DNA from: Octopus vulgaris | Lineage: Eukaryota | DNA length: 64,000 bases | Assembly (NCBI GenBank): GCA_951406725.2 | Contig: OX597815.1 | Location: 76,012,001-76,076,000 of the forward strand | Reading direction: 5' to 3' | Shown: positions 25,451 to 64,000 of the stretch, one piece after another | Position numbering within the stretch: the stretch's first letter is position 1 | Layout: every line of letters starts with the position of its first letter | Made by a program: the position numbers and the translations under genes | The notes under the pieces: model-generated | The model's database searches: none | Seen by the model: the letters and a program-made list of their open reading frames with translations, nothing else | Told to the model about the DNA's origin: nothing

Positions 25451-28400
25451 GAAAGGGAATAGGAGCAAGACATCCCAAAAGCAACAAGTGAGATGGTAGA
25501 AGAGGCAAGAACATGGAGATATATATCATTACCATCATTGTATTTCTAATGTGCAATTTTCAATGTTTCCATCTGTTAGATGAAATTCGAGGTTGAGTTT
25601 TCTATAGCTAGATGCCCTTCATGCCACAAATCCTCACTTGTTTCCACACAAGCTAATATTGCCCCATACCGTTTTGAACAAGAACAACACAATAACCGAA
25701 TGTTTCTTTATATTATGGTATTGTTCATTTACCACCATTGTGATATCAGGGCAAGGGATCACAAAGAAATGTTCAATGGGTTTCTTAGCCCAAGGTATTG
25801 CACATTGGGACTGAATCTAAACCATGTTGAGAAGTGCTATTGTTAACCACATACCTATCATCCATGCCTGTGGTTTAAATCCCATTATGCAACCTCTTTT
25901 AGTAAGTGTTTTCCACTGTAGCTTTGGACCAACCAATGATACTTTAGGGAATTCAGTCGACAGAAACTGCAGGAAGCCCATCATATAACACACGCGTCTC
26001 AGCATGTGAATATCCATCAATGATTGTATTTTGCTCGTCACCACTTGTGTGAAGTAGTATCTGATGTTGATATTTGTTGACACACTGCTTATTAGTGAAA
26101 ATTTTTTTTAATACTACAGGTAGGGGAACCACCAAAAACTTTCTAAGAAAAGGGTGTTAAAATGGTAATTTACAATTGGGAGAGTTTTAAGAGGAAGAGG
26201 AAAAAAAGGTGAGAATAAGTCAAGATTAGATATGTAGTGGAATTGCTAGGGTAATAATTTTAACAAATTTGGGGTCAAGATGATGGGAAGAATAATAGTG
26301 TTTTTGTATGGCTTATGTGTGTGTGTATTATATATTTTTGTTTTGAAAATATGAAATAAATGACTATTCAAAGAAAGATTCGTTTAAAGTGTTCTTTATA
26401 ATTCTACTAAATGTGTGTACTAGTAATTTTTACATTAATTTATAAACTTATCTATTTTTGTATTGTTAGTTGTGGCCCTTCGTTTTTTTCATACTTCACC
26501 CCTCTCCATTTTGCACCACCTAGCATAGTTGTCCTCTTGGGATTCATTCAGCCTTGCAAGTTGCATGACAACAGGAAAGCACCCATTTGTGTTGTGAAGT
26601 AGCTGGCATTAGAATAACACTACAGTATGAAGTAGACTTCTGAGTTGTCAGATCTCATTAAGCAATCCAACTGGAATATGGATATTAAATGATGGCATTA
26701 TATTAAGATTTTTGAAAATTTATGTGGATTCTTACTTCCATTTCCATAGGTTAACTAGGTTATTGCAGTCTGATGCCCTTCCTGTATAAGTAAGGTATAA
26801 TTCCATGTGCTTTTGAAAGTATGGATGCTTGTTGACAGAACTGGCAACAAACACTATCCAAGCATTACAAATTGTTTTTATAAACATGTAAAATACACAC
26901 ACACACAAACATGAGTGTTTCCATTTGCAAAGCCTCACTCAGTTGGCAAATACAGCCGAGCTTACTTTTTACCTGAAGCTTATAGGAGACATTTTGCTAA
27001 AATAATCAAAGCAGGAACCGTCACTGTGAAGCAAACTATGTAAACCACACCTGAACATATAATAATACATGTATGTGCCTATACTAAAATTATGTGAGGC
27101 ATAGAGCAAGTCTGGCCTTCAGGACTTTTAAAGCAACTATAGGGAAATATGACATTTCTTGGAAACAGGTGTTTATCTATCAGGGTAGAAAATCTGCCTC
27201 AACAAATTCCAAGTCCATGAAAAAGTTAAAATGATGATACAAAAGAAAATGAATTAGCCTTCACTAACTTTCAGCTGTTTCTGTTATAGGAAGTATTGCA
27301 CTAGTCACTGAGTGCTTGTGCAACATTCTTTTGTCAGTCATTGACATTATGCTCTGTACTCACCTGACACTTTAAAACAAAGACTCTGGGGTTGGTTCTT
27401 TGTATGGTGTATAAAAGGAAACACAAATGGCATTTAAAATTCATGACAACTGTTGTACAATTTTATTAATGCATTTGCAAATTACATCACATGTAATCTG
27501 CTCTCACCAGGTAAAATGTTAAACAGGTCAGATTTCTTACATCAACCTGGACAAATCCAGTATCAGCTAGATCACACATGTTACCCAATTCCACCTCCAA
27601 TCATAGCATGGAATACTTGGAAGTTATGTAGGTCAGGGATTAAGCTATTACTGTAGTGGACAGCTCTATTATCATATATGTCTTAACAGGGCTTGTCATT
27701 AACATAAATTTTATTCTTAACAGCATGAATAAGAATGTAAACATATTCCTTCTACACTTTCAATGTGACATCACTGCTCTCCATAAACACCTTGCTCTTA
27801 AAATCTTTGGCAAAGACTTGACTGATAATCAAGCTTGAGAACCTTGGAAAATATTTTAACCATTTTTTAGATCAGAAATTTCGTCAAGCTAATGCATTGC
27901 CATTTACAAACTACAATCTACACATACATGTCTTCATATTTTAAACAGGAAATATTTCAGCATAAGGTTTGCATGGAATTGTATCCGAGAGGATTTTATA
28001 GCTAGCTTTTTCTTACCAACCCTCAATTATTAAAGTAAGGATTAATTCATTCTGCCAGCAGACATTGGCCATGTCAGCATTCACACAACAGATTCCTTTT
28101 TGCTTTTGCCTATCAAATGCACTCCAATCTCAAGGTTCAGAAAACACTGCCCAAGTAGCTGCACCCAAAGTGAACTACTTAATGTCTGTATTGTACATTA
28201 CTTTTCCTACAGCTGGATGGTGTAGCTGCTACACAAATTTTTTGTAGACCACATCAAACCCAATATGCTACTAACTTCGTGTGCGTCATCTGGTGTTTTG
28301 CACAATGGATTTTGTACCTTCAGCTAGCAAGTTGTGTACAACCAGATTCGCCTTCTTTATCAAAAGCCATAGAAATAACCCTTCTTATAGCAACTTCATG

Positions 28401-28973
28401 CTATCTCTTTTTTCAAACTAGTCAGGAATGGAAGAAAAAGTACTTTTCATTTAGTCCTATTCAAATCCAAAGCTGGTGTCTCCTAACTACAATGAAGACT
28501 GGAATGTTACCAATAGGCAGAACTACTAGAGCCGGGCAAAATAGCAAGCTGTACAAGTAACCTATTTCTTGAATAAACACTGGGGGCATGGTAAGGAGAG
28601 ATAACAATTTTCTGTTGCAATTAGTCAACCAACACTTATAAAAAAGTTAAAACACACACACACACAACAGCCTCCCAGTTTCTGTTTACCAAATTTATTT
28701 AGAAAGTATTGGTTAGTCTGGGGCTATAATAAAAAAAGCTTGCACAAGGTGTCATGCAGTATGACTGAACCTGAAATCAGGAGGTTGTCAAGCAAGCTTC
28801 TTAACTGCACAGCCATGCCTACAAATCACCCAAAATAATCAACTCCCAAGTTTCTTCATACATAAAACCCACATAAATGTTAATTTCATTGCTTCTCAAA
28901 AATACAAAAGGTTCGACATCAGCAGAAAGGAGAATAGAATACAACACACAAAGAAAAAAAAAGTGTTGTATTA

Positions 28974-28979
28974 TTTATT
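28974..28979 (-). terminator. Candidate polyadenylation signal of RBBP4
   Basis: TTTATT on + (AATAAA on -) ~375 nt past the stop, followed on the - strand by a T-rich tract. A second candidate lies at 29275-29280. Confidence 0.4.
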
Positions 28980-29352
28980 TACATAACAGGAATATCGTTA
29001 TAGGACATGCCTCATATAGATCGAGTAAATTAAGTGAAAGAAAAAAAATTACTTTTAATACTAAAGCAATGAGAAACACAATAGGACTTTCCACATAAAA
29101 ATGGTGTTGGTTGATTGCAAATAGATATTGTGATAAGAGAAACAGACTGAAGGAATAGTGGTCAGAGAGTAAGAGAATGGTCTATTGTGTAATAGGCTGC
29201 ACTTGAGGGAGGGAGAGGGAAGAGATTCCAAAAGGGATGTTTCATGGAAGAAGAGCAGAAAGATCACTTCAGTCTTTATTTCATTAACCCAACTATAGAT
29301 GGAAGTGAAGCAATATGAATTATGTAACAATGTTCAGTAATGTGTGTAAGCA

Positions 29353-55392
<26,040 letters not shown>

Positions 55393-56708
55393 CTTTGCTT
55401 AGAATACAGACAACAAAGACCACATGCGCGCACACTTGCCCAAGAACACTGACTCGCGCCAATTTTTTTCAACACATTGGAATCATGGGTGAAAAGAAAG
55501 ATTTTTTTTTTCCGAAATCAACTTTTTTATTTTTAGGAACTTAAAGTACCTTTTAGTTAAAAATACTGACTATTTTTTCTTATGGAGTAAAATTTAAGGA
55601 AACTTAACATTTTAACGAAATGTTTAACTAAAATGTCAGGAAACGCACATTAGTTGACATGATGAGCTAGTGGCGAATGTTTTATGTTCAATGTTTAACT
55701 TCAGTATTCAGCATGAAGTTCGAAAATAAAAAAAAAATAGAAAAATCAAAGAAAATATATAATTTAATTACCAAATAAACACCATGTGTAAATATTTATA
55801 TTGATGAGGTAATTCATCTTAATGAGACAGTTTCAATTAATTTTAAGTGGAAGTTTAACAATGATTTTGATGTAAGACAAAAATAAATTAAAATATCAAA
55901 AGTTAGCTTTTTCAGTGAAACCTATTATGATTAATATATACCTATATCTAAACATCGAGGTAAAGTATTTTTATTTCATTTCTGGGATCTGTTTAGTGAA
56001 TTCTTTCGAATGTTTTTATTTTTCTGTAATATAATTAAATAGTTCTCAAAGATTAGCTCGTTTTATTAAAAATATATCCGCAGAAAAATTAATTTTGTTA
56101 TAAATATTCGATTATTATTAAATCTGGTTTTACAACTTTTAAAAAGAAACTAAATAATTCTACTTCAAAGAATTTAAGAATTCAGATGATAGTTTTTTTT
56201 AATTATATTTAATAAAAACATTTATTTGATGGGTTGTTATTTTTTATTCACTTCTTTATTTATTTTTCTCGCGATAAATTTATCGTAAGAACCAGGCGAG
56301 GAAGCTCGGATGGTAGTGCGTCATGTCGGGGCACATCATCCGGGTAGTTTCCTATTCAAGATGGTGCGGCCTATAGTTAATATTTCTTCAGTAAGCCACC
56401 TCTCGTGTTTCGGCCGCCTTTACACTTCACTGTAAAAGTCATGACTAGCTACCGACATTGTCCATCTGTACAGATAGTTTCGAAATCTGCTGTCATATGT
56501 GTATTAATGTGATAAGACATGATATAGCATATTGACATGAACATAATTCGCTTATCTTATAACTAACTGCTGTCAGCTAGTCATTGCTATCTGTTTTTTA
56601 ATCGTTTTATATGTTGGACACCAAGTTGTATTATTTGTCAACCGGACCATTACTGTTTCAGCACCGGAATAAATACGGAGAATCTGTCCTCCTTTTCTAG
56701 ATTCAACA
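55393..56708. promoter_or_regulatory. Bidirectional promoter/5' UTR region shared by RBBP4 and REPS1
   Basis: Divergent ATGs 1.3 kb apart with CpG retained. E2F-like TTGGCGCG (- strand, 55455-55462), TCTCGCGATA (56267-56276) overlapping the palindrome CGATAAATTTATCG (56272-56285), and YY1-like CAAGATGG (56357-56364). Confidence 0.65.
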
Positions 56709-56858
56709 ATGGAAGGTTTAAAGCTGTGTGAGCAAGAACAGAGATATTACGGTGAACTTTTCCAGAACTGCGATGTCGAAGGGTCTGGAAGAGTAACCGG
56801 CTCCAAAGCATTGGATTTGTTTAGGTTGTCAGGACTTAACCAAGAAGTTCTCCAACAG
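56709..56858 (+). CDS. REPS1: RalBP1-associated Eps domain-containing protein 1 (REPS1/2 family), first coding exon (start of N-terminal EH domain); remaining exons not found in window
   Basis: MEGLKLCEQEQRYYGELFQNCDVEGSGRVTGSKALDLFRLSGLNQEVLQQ followed by donor CAG|gtaaga. Matches the REPS1 N-terminus ([29 protein letters not shown]...ELFRAAQLPNDVVLQ). Confidence 0.88.
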
Positions 56859-57387
56859 GTAAGAACATATATTAAACCTTAACTTGATCTAATCATACTT
56901 TCCCTTATGGTGTCTTTATTTTGAAGCACGTTCACCGTTTCGATGTGTGCATCTTTTTCGCTTTCAAATTGTCACTTCAAAGGATGTAAAGAAGCCTCCA
57001 CTATTTTATCCACTTTATTTTCATTATCTAAACACTATTCCTTTTGACAATCTTCATCTACAATACCAGAGACATTAACTTGTTTGGAAATTCCTGTCGA
57101 TTTGTTACAATCTCTTGTATAATTTACTGAGTTACCGTTGTTTTTTCCTTGCCATGAAGGATAAATGTTCCGTTACGATTCTACAACTTTTTCTATTGAC
57201 TAATTCCAATATTCCTGGATACAAAAGGCTATTTTATAATATTCTTCCAAGCTATGAATGTTATCGTCTTATCTATCACCTGACAATCGTTATTTCATTG
57301 TATTTTTCAATTAGGAATACCTTCCCTCAAGCCATTTATTTACATCTCTTATTCGCTCTCTTACACACTCACGCATAAACATACGTG

Positions 57388-57389
57388 TC

Positions 57390-57447
<58 letters not shown>

Positions 57448-57450
57448 GAC
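57388..57450. repeat. Compound (TA)n/(CA)n microsatellite
   Basis: Directly visible; others at ~3417-3445, 11052-11085, 57643-57690, 58435-58470. Confidence 0.95.
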
Positions 57451-57640
57451 ACATAATAATGTGTGACAGTGCAGAGTATCCTTTCCTGGTAATTATTATT
57501 TCCCCCCCCCTTCTTTCCTACACTACATCAGATTTTTTCTCTGTTTAAAATACTTCCTAATGTTACTTCCTGTCACACTCCCTTCTATCATTAGTGCAAA
57601 AAACAGAAAGAAACCTGCCGTTCCCCATAATTGATTTTTG

Positions 57641-57685
<45 letters not shown>

Positions 57686-58432
57686 GCATATATGTATGTA
57701 TGTGTGTGTACCTGCGTGTATATTTATATCTATATATAAATTCGAGTGTGTATCTGTATTTTTTCACGTGTGTATATATCTTCTATATATAAATTCGTGT
57801 GTGTATGTATAGATATGAATTCATGTGTATGTCTATAAATATATTCGTGCTTTATATCTATATAGTCTCAAAAAATGATAATTCTCTTGACAGAGTCTAG
57901 TTTACAGTCGAAGTGACGTACACACTTTACATAAACTACATCATCCACTAAAATAACAAGAGGTAGCAGCAATGCTTTCAAAGAAACACCGCGATTAGTA
58001 AATTAGTCGCAAACATCAATACAATACAATTACGCTGAATCACACATCACTGCTACAGCCTTCATCAGTTTATTTTTCTTTAGCTCACACAATCTCTGCT
58101 CGGTTGCTTTTCATATCATTATTTATTGTTTATGCCAGTGTTATTTTTTTCATATTCTATAGATAAATGGACAAACATTTGCCCTTTTCACTACGGCCAT
58201 CAGCAATGTTTTTTTTTTTCCCGTTTGACACTTGATACTCATTGACATAATTTACAACACTTTCACATATTCTTGTTCTCGTTTTGGTCTTGTGGTTAAA
58301 TCCATCCATCCACGCACAGAGGATTTAAATGCAAGCTATTAGTTTCATGCCTCTGATAATACAATGGTCGGACAAGCGTGTCGTGTATTTTCAAGTGCTT
58401 TTTATGTTGATAGCACCAATAATGGAACAGTG

Positions 58433-58473
<41 letters not shown>

Positions 58474-61400
58474 AGAAAGACCAATGTTTGTTTTGATATC
58501 GGGTTATCATAACAATTTTACTTTAAACTCAGTACTTTTTGTTAAGTACATACACTTTTGCAAGAAGAGTGGTGAGCGACTTCGAAGTTTCGTTCTGCTT
58601 GGCATAATCAGTCTTTGTGTGTGTGTGTATATATAACGCACACATACATGTAGATAACCTCTTGTTGTAAATGGCATTTTATACGTCCAATCATGCTATT
58701 CAGTTTTAAACCATTTAAACTGCATCTATATTATTTTTGGCCTATAAGCACGCATTACATTACAGAGCAATTGAAGCACACATCTGATTATAGAGTTGTG
58801 TGTGCATTAAGATGGGTTATCATCTCAATTTTTCTAATTAAAAATTCGTATGTTATCGTTACTCGAATATATTGAACTTCTCAAAAAGAATATATTTAAG
58901 CGTATATATATATCTTCATATTTTCTAGAGAAGTTAACTCATCATGAAGATAGTTCAGCCGTGATATCTCGTCTTTTTTAGGGGTGTGTAGGAATATATT
59001 ATCTAAAATGTTCTTGAGTCGGTAGAGTGTGAGAGGAATGACATTTGGCTGTTATTTCTAGTAGGCCGGGCGACTACGTAAAAACCCTTGTGCTCGTTAT
59101 TGATATATTTTGCCCCAGGTCAACTCCCGTCGAAACACCTATGATCTAAGTCGTCCCATCTTTTTGTGTTATGTATCAATGACAACATTGTCCAATATCT
59201 TCTTTAAAATATTGGGTGCTATTTGAGGGAGATTTGTCTGCTAAATTTGGCAGATCTTACTGTCACGTAAACGCTTTCTCGTTGGTTTCACCTCCTCAAG
59301 CTCGTTGTTTCATTTGTACAAACATAATTTGATAATCGTATTTAAGAAGGATGGATGAGTTTAGAGAGCACTGACTGTTACTTCGTGTTTCTGAGTTCAA
59401 ATGCTCAGTTTCTTCAGTGTTGTTGAATTCAATCAGATGTAGAAATTGAACTTGTGCCAACCCTTCTACGTTCGTAATAGCATAAAAGCACAAATAGTTT
59501 CAGTGGGATCTGAACCGCTGGTGTTTGTTTAGTCCTGAAAATCTATCCCGCTTTTACCTGAACCTTGGTTTGCTATCGGATGATTGTTTCCAAATATCTA
59601 CAGTATTTACTGTGTCTAAGTCACACCCTTAATTTAGTCTAAAATCTTGGTGCATCCCCTCAACGGTTTATAGCTTTTCCTCGTGTATAAGTCGCATTTC
59701 ATTTTTTTTTAAGTTGAAAAATATAAATTAGTGCGACTTATATACGAGTAAATTACGGTAAGTGATATTCTTGAAAGCGCTTCATTTGTGCTTTAGAATA
59801 CGTCTTTTATATAATACACCTTTTGATTGTATCATGCAAGTGATGTGAAACGTAAGTTGGTAAGCTAGTCTTGTTTGTTTGCTACAGTTGCTATTTCACT
59901 TTATTTACGTCGCTAATCGGGGAAAGACTTACTGTCACACCCCATTTCCTCTTTCTGAAATGTACATTGTACTCTGTCTGCTCAAAAGAAGACTGATTTT
60001 TTTTTTTAACTATCTTAATATGTCAGTGTAACAATATTAGTTTTTTGTATGTGTGTGTAGTTAATCTGTCACCGACAAAAGTATTATAATAGTCATTATC
60101 ATGGCTATGGAATAACAAGAAACAATGCGCCATGCAAATTTTGATGAGTCACAATGAAAGGCCAAATTTGCCCTTTATCCCTGTAGTGTGGATCAAATGA
60201 TGACTCCTCCCATCCCATCCAACAATAATATACTTGCAGTTGTCTGCATCAAACAATTCTTACATTGTGCTAATGTCAAAAAAATATTTTTGTCCCTTTC
60301 ATTTTATCTAGCTTTACATATTTTTATTTAGTTCGAGGAGGGCATTTTTCATTGCTTTTGCAGACCCTAGAGTTGACCGAGTTGATCAGTTTGAGATTCT
60401 GATGATTGCTTTTTCTTTAGGGAAAATATAGTCAAAGAAGGGATTTCAGCAGGATTTGCTGAAATCCAAAGGAGAAAGGATTGAAGAAAAGTCTTTAGTA
60501 AAGAGGTTTGAGTTGGGAGACAGTAGGTATGATGAGATGAGAGTGGGTTGGTCGGAAGGTTGTATGTAGGATCAGAGGAGCAGGAGTTATTGTAGTAACC
60601 TTGGAAGAGAGCAAGCAGAAAGAATAACTGGTGGTTGTAGCATTTCAGTGAGTGAAACTTTGCCAATTGAATGTGACTTTTTTTTATGTAGTCTAGGATG
60701 TTTATGTATCTATCTTAGCTGTGTCATCCTAGATAGGTAACCAGTATTCAAGTGTGGATTGTTCTTTCAGCTTTGTAGAAGATTGTGAAAGCCATTTTCT
60801 GGTTTTTGTTGTACGAATTTATGATACAGCCTCATTTGTAAGCCTTGTGCTTACATAAATAAATAATTATGCTTGTGAAAGATTTTTACTTCAAACTCGG
60901 TCCTTACTCTGGAAATAAATAATTGCTGCCATATTCAGATTTCAGTCTGCTCGGAATCTGAGACTTTATGGTAATATAAGAAACCATTTATTATTTCATG
61001 GAACTGTAAGTCATTCTTTTGTGTGTATGTGCAGTAATACAAATAAGTGAAACTTTTACTTGTAAACTTAGACACCTGTTAATATTTCTAAGTAATGTCC
61101 ATGGTTTAACCATAGTTTTAACATTGAAAGTATTTTCTTTTAGTAATAAGTCTTCTGAAATATTGCATTGTATAGACAGTTTTTTAAAGTTGAAACAGCA
61201 AAAAAATATATGTAAATTTGAAACTAAGGATTCTGTAATGCCATTTGCATGAAAAACAAACATTAATGTTAACATAGTTAAAACATGGAGCATAAAAAGA
61301 GTGAAACAAATTAACTAGTAATAAATATACATATCATTTTTTTCTCTCACTGCTCCAGCATGTATGATGAAAGCTATACTTTACCAAGGAGGTCAAAATA

Positions 61401-62416
61401 AGGCCAAAACCTGTCTGCAGTTACTTTTTTTCATTCTTTTTCTCACTGCACTTATTTGTAGTTAGTTTTTTAATGTTCCCTGCATTAAATAATGTTAATG
61501 TTGGTATTGAAACCAATTGATCTGGTTCATAGTGACTTGGTTACTGCAAAACAATGATGTTTTTTTTTTCTCTCTTTAACACTGTTACTCAACTTTCATT
61601 AAAATATAGTATTGCTTTTATTAAAATATTTCTATTTGGTTGATTTAACTGAAATCCCCTTCTCAATTCTTATCACATTCGGCCATAAGAAAATAGCAAT
61701 GATATGACTGAGTAGATATCGTTATCATTGTTTTAATATCCACTTTTTCATGCTTGCATGGCTCAGATGGGAATTATTGAGGCAGATTTTCTTTGGCCAG
61801 ATGCTCTTCCTGTTGCCAACCCTAACTTATTTCCAAGCAAAGTAAAATTCCCCCATGGTAATATATGTTTCCGCAGAATATTGGAAATGAATTACTATAC
61901 TTGTATGATAGTAACTCATTTACAACTATCACATGATATCAAGACAAGATACAAACATACAGACATATACATATATGATGGGCTTCTTTCAGTTTCCATC
62001 TACCAAATCTTCTCACAAGGCTTTGGTTGGCCTGGGGCTATTGGAAACATTTACCCAAGTTGCCATGCTCTAGGACTGAACCCGAAACTGTCATTAGGAA
62101 GCAAACTTAACCACACCTGTGCCATCATTAATTTAACATTTGTTTTCCATGCTAGCATAGGTTGGGTGGATTTGAAATTCCACAACTTTTCATGTCTTGA
62201 CTTCCTAATGGGACAAGACTGCTCTGTACTTAGTCTGTTTATATATTTGAAAATGTTTCTTAACTTGTATTGCAAAGCCACTATACCTGAGACATATGGC
62301 TGATTGGTCCAACCTACAATAAACCTTATATACTGTATTACACTCAAATAAAAGTTGAAGTTGACCTTGCTAGGAATTGTAATCAGAAGGTAGAAAGTTA
62401 ATAATAATTACCTTAA

Positions 62417-62594
62417 CCCTTTAGCATTCAAACTGGCCGTATCTGGCTCAAATACTCTAACTGGCCAGATCAGGCCTCTCTCACTGCCTTACAATGTCAT
62501 TCTAACAGTAAACAATCACATCATTGAAATCTCATTACTATGATATAATGCATGATTAATTCAAAATAAACAGAATAATCTGAATGCTAAAGGG
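62417..62594 (-). mobile_element. TTAA MITE (CCCTTTAGCATT family), inverted
   Basis: TTAA|CCCTTTAGCATTCA...TGAATGCTAAAGGG|TTAG. Confidence 0.8.
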
Positions 62595-63384
62595 TTAGTT
62601 AAGGCAGTGTTTCTCAAGCTGTGTGTGAGTGGGACATGGCAATATTTTGGTAGGTGTGAGACACCTCAGAATGGAGCATAAGTAACAAGTGAATAAAACT
62701 TTAAATATTTAAATTCAATTTTTTGAATAAGCTTCTCAACCATGTAGTCTCTGGTTTGGTCCTACTGAACAGTACTTTGAGCAAGTGGTTTCTACTATAA
62801 CCTGGAGTCCTGTGAGCAGATTTGGTAAACATAATCTGAAAGAAGCCTGTGTGTGTGTGTTTGCATATTTAGTGCTGATTGTTGGAAAAGAAGAGTATTT
62901 GATATTACAGTAAAGATTAATATTTTATTTGGTTCAAATCAATTTTTTGCTACTCTGAGCTTCACCTGTGGGTGCACCTTGTGCTCTCATAAGCAAAACT
63001 CAGAATAGCAAGAGACTTATTCAACCAAAATAAAATATCCTTGTCTTAACATTATGTAATGGTTGTAAACAAAAATCACTGTTATACAAGCAATGTTGTT
63101 CATTTCCAGCCTTCTGTGAAAAGCATGTCTGGTCATGGGAAATATTAGTTTGCTTGAATACAGGTGAGTATTGGTAGCAGGAAAGGCATTTGACTATAGA
63201 AAATCTGTCTCAATAAATCCCATCCAACTCAAGTGAACATGGCAAAGTGAATGTTATATGATGATATATATGGTATACACATTGTTCATGAAGAAATCAC
63301 CTTTTTCAAAAGTTGATTAAAAAAAAAAAAGTAGTTAAAGCATTCATAGCATTCTTCTATTTTTTTTCCACACCACATCCACTT

Positions 63385-63767
63385 ATTTTTACTCTTTTTA
63401 CTTGTTTTAGTCATTTGACTGCGGTCATGCTGGAGCACCACCTTTAGTCAAGCAAATCGACCCCAGAACTTATTCTTTGTAAGCCTAGTGCTTATTCTAT
63501 CGGTCTCTTTTGCTGAACCGCTAAATTACAGGGACGTAAACACACCAGCATCGGTTGTCAAGTGATGTTGGGGGGACAGACACACACACACATATATATA
63601 TATATGACGGGCTTCTTTCAGTTTCCGTCTACCAAATCCACTCACAAGGCTTTAGTCAGCCCGAGGCTATAGTAGAAGACACTTGCCCAAGGTGCCATGC
63701 AGTGGGACTGAACCCGGAACCATGTGGTTGGTAAGCAAGCTACTTACCACACAGCCACTCCTGCGCC
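63385..63767 (-). mobile_element. Near full-length tRNA-derived SINE
   Basis: - strand head GGCGCAGGAGTGGCTGTGTGGTAAG (A box)...GGTTCAGTCCC (B box), GGCACCTTGGGCAAGT core, internal (TA)/(TG) microsatellite, A-rich tail. Other copies or fragments at ~7505-7835, 10740-10910, 13725-13830, 21605-21975, 25895-25985, 28655-28820, 38635-38795, 61975-62125, 62730-62860. Confidence 0.85.
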
Positions 63768-63924
63768 TATGATAATAATATTGATAATAATTGAATAATA
63801 AATATCTCCATGATTCACAAATATTCATAAAACCATTGTCTGGTTTCAGATTCTGATATATTCTGGAGATGAAAGGTTAATCTCATAGATAAGACACTGG
63901 TGTATTGCAGGTAACATTCATTAA

Positions 63925-64000
63925 CCCTTTAGTATTCAGATTACTTTGTCAAATGTAATGCTTATTTAGTCACATTGTTTTAAAGTTAGTATTCATTATC
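63925..64000 (+). mobile_element. TTAA MITE (CCCTTTAGCATT family), truncated by window end
   Basis: TTAA|CCCTTTAGTATTCAGATTAC..., matches the start of 6532-6742. Confidence 0.7.

Noticed and set aside
61758-62303. 181-aa ORF
   Set aside because: Made of SINE fragments (GATGCTCTTCCTGTTGCCAACC, CTTCTTTCAGTTTCC blocks); no protein family signature and not REPS1-like.
63690-63767. tRNA gene
   Set aside because: A/B boxes are present but there is no cloverleaf, and the sequence continues into a multicopy SINE body.
56859-64000. REPS1 exon 2
   Set aside because: No segment encoding the expected I.ELCGA.RLG.FGRSQFY-like continuation was found; it probably lies beyond the window.

Overview
AT-rich, intron- and repeat-rich animal genomic DNA. 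The SINE and MITE families and the microsatellites suggest an octopod cephalopod (inference). Three spliced protein-coding genes were reconstructed by hand from GT-AG sites and reading phases. (1) The 3' 15 coding exons of a KNL1/CASC5/Spc105 kinetochore scaffold gene, + strand, <1-24347. (2) A complete 15-exon RBBP4/RbAp48 gene, - strand, 55392-29353, 426 aa, convergent with KNL1. (3) The first coding exon of REPS1, + strand, 56709-56858, head-to-head with RBBP4 across a ~1.3 kb CpG-retaining promoter. Introns hold piggyBac-type non-autonomous elements and MITEs, decayed mariner, maT/DD37D, Tigger and hAT transposases, RTE LINE fragments and several SINE families, some nested. The most notable signal is in the repeat-poor part of RBBP4 intron 3, which splits the H-T/S-D-E loop. 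It contains two frame-preserving microexon candidates, a stop-containing poison-exon candidate, a cluster of UGCAUG motifs, and an 18/19-nt intronic complement that would pair over one microexon and its 5' splice site. That geometry resembles an ADAR editing-complementary sequence. These alternative exons are predictions and need RNA-seq. Most ORFs in the supplied track are spurious.
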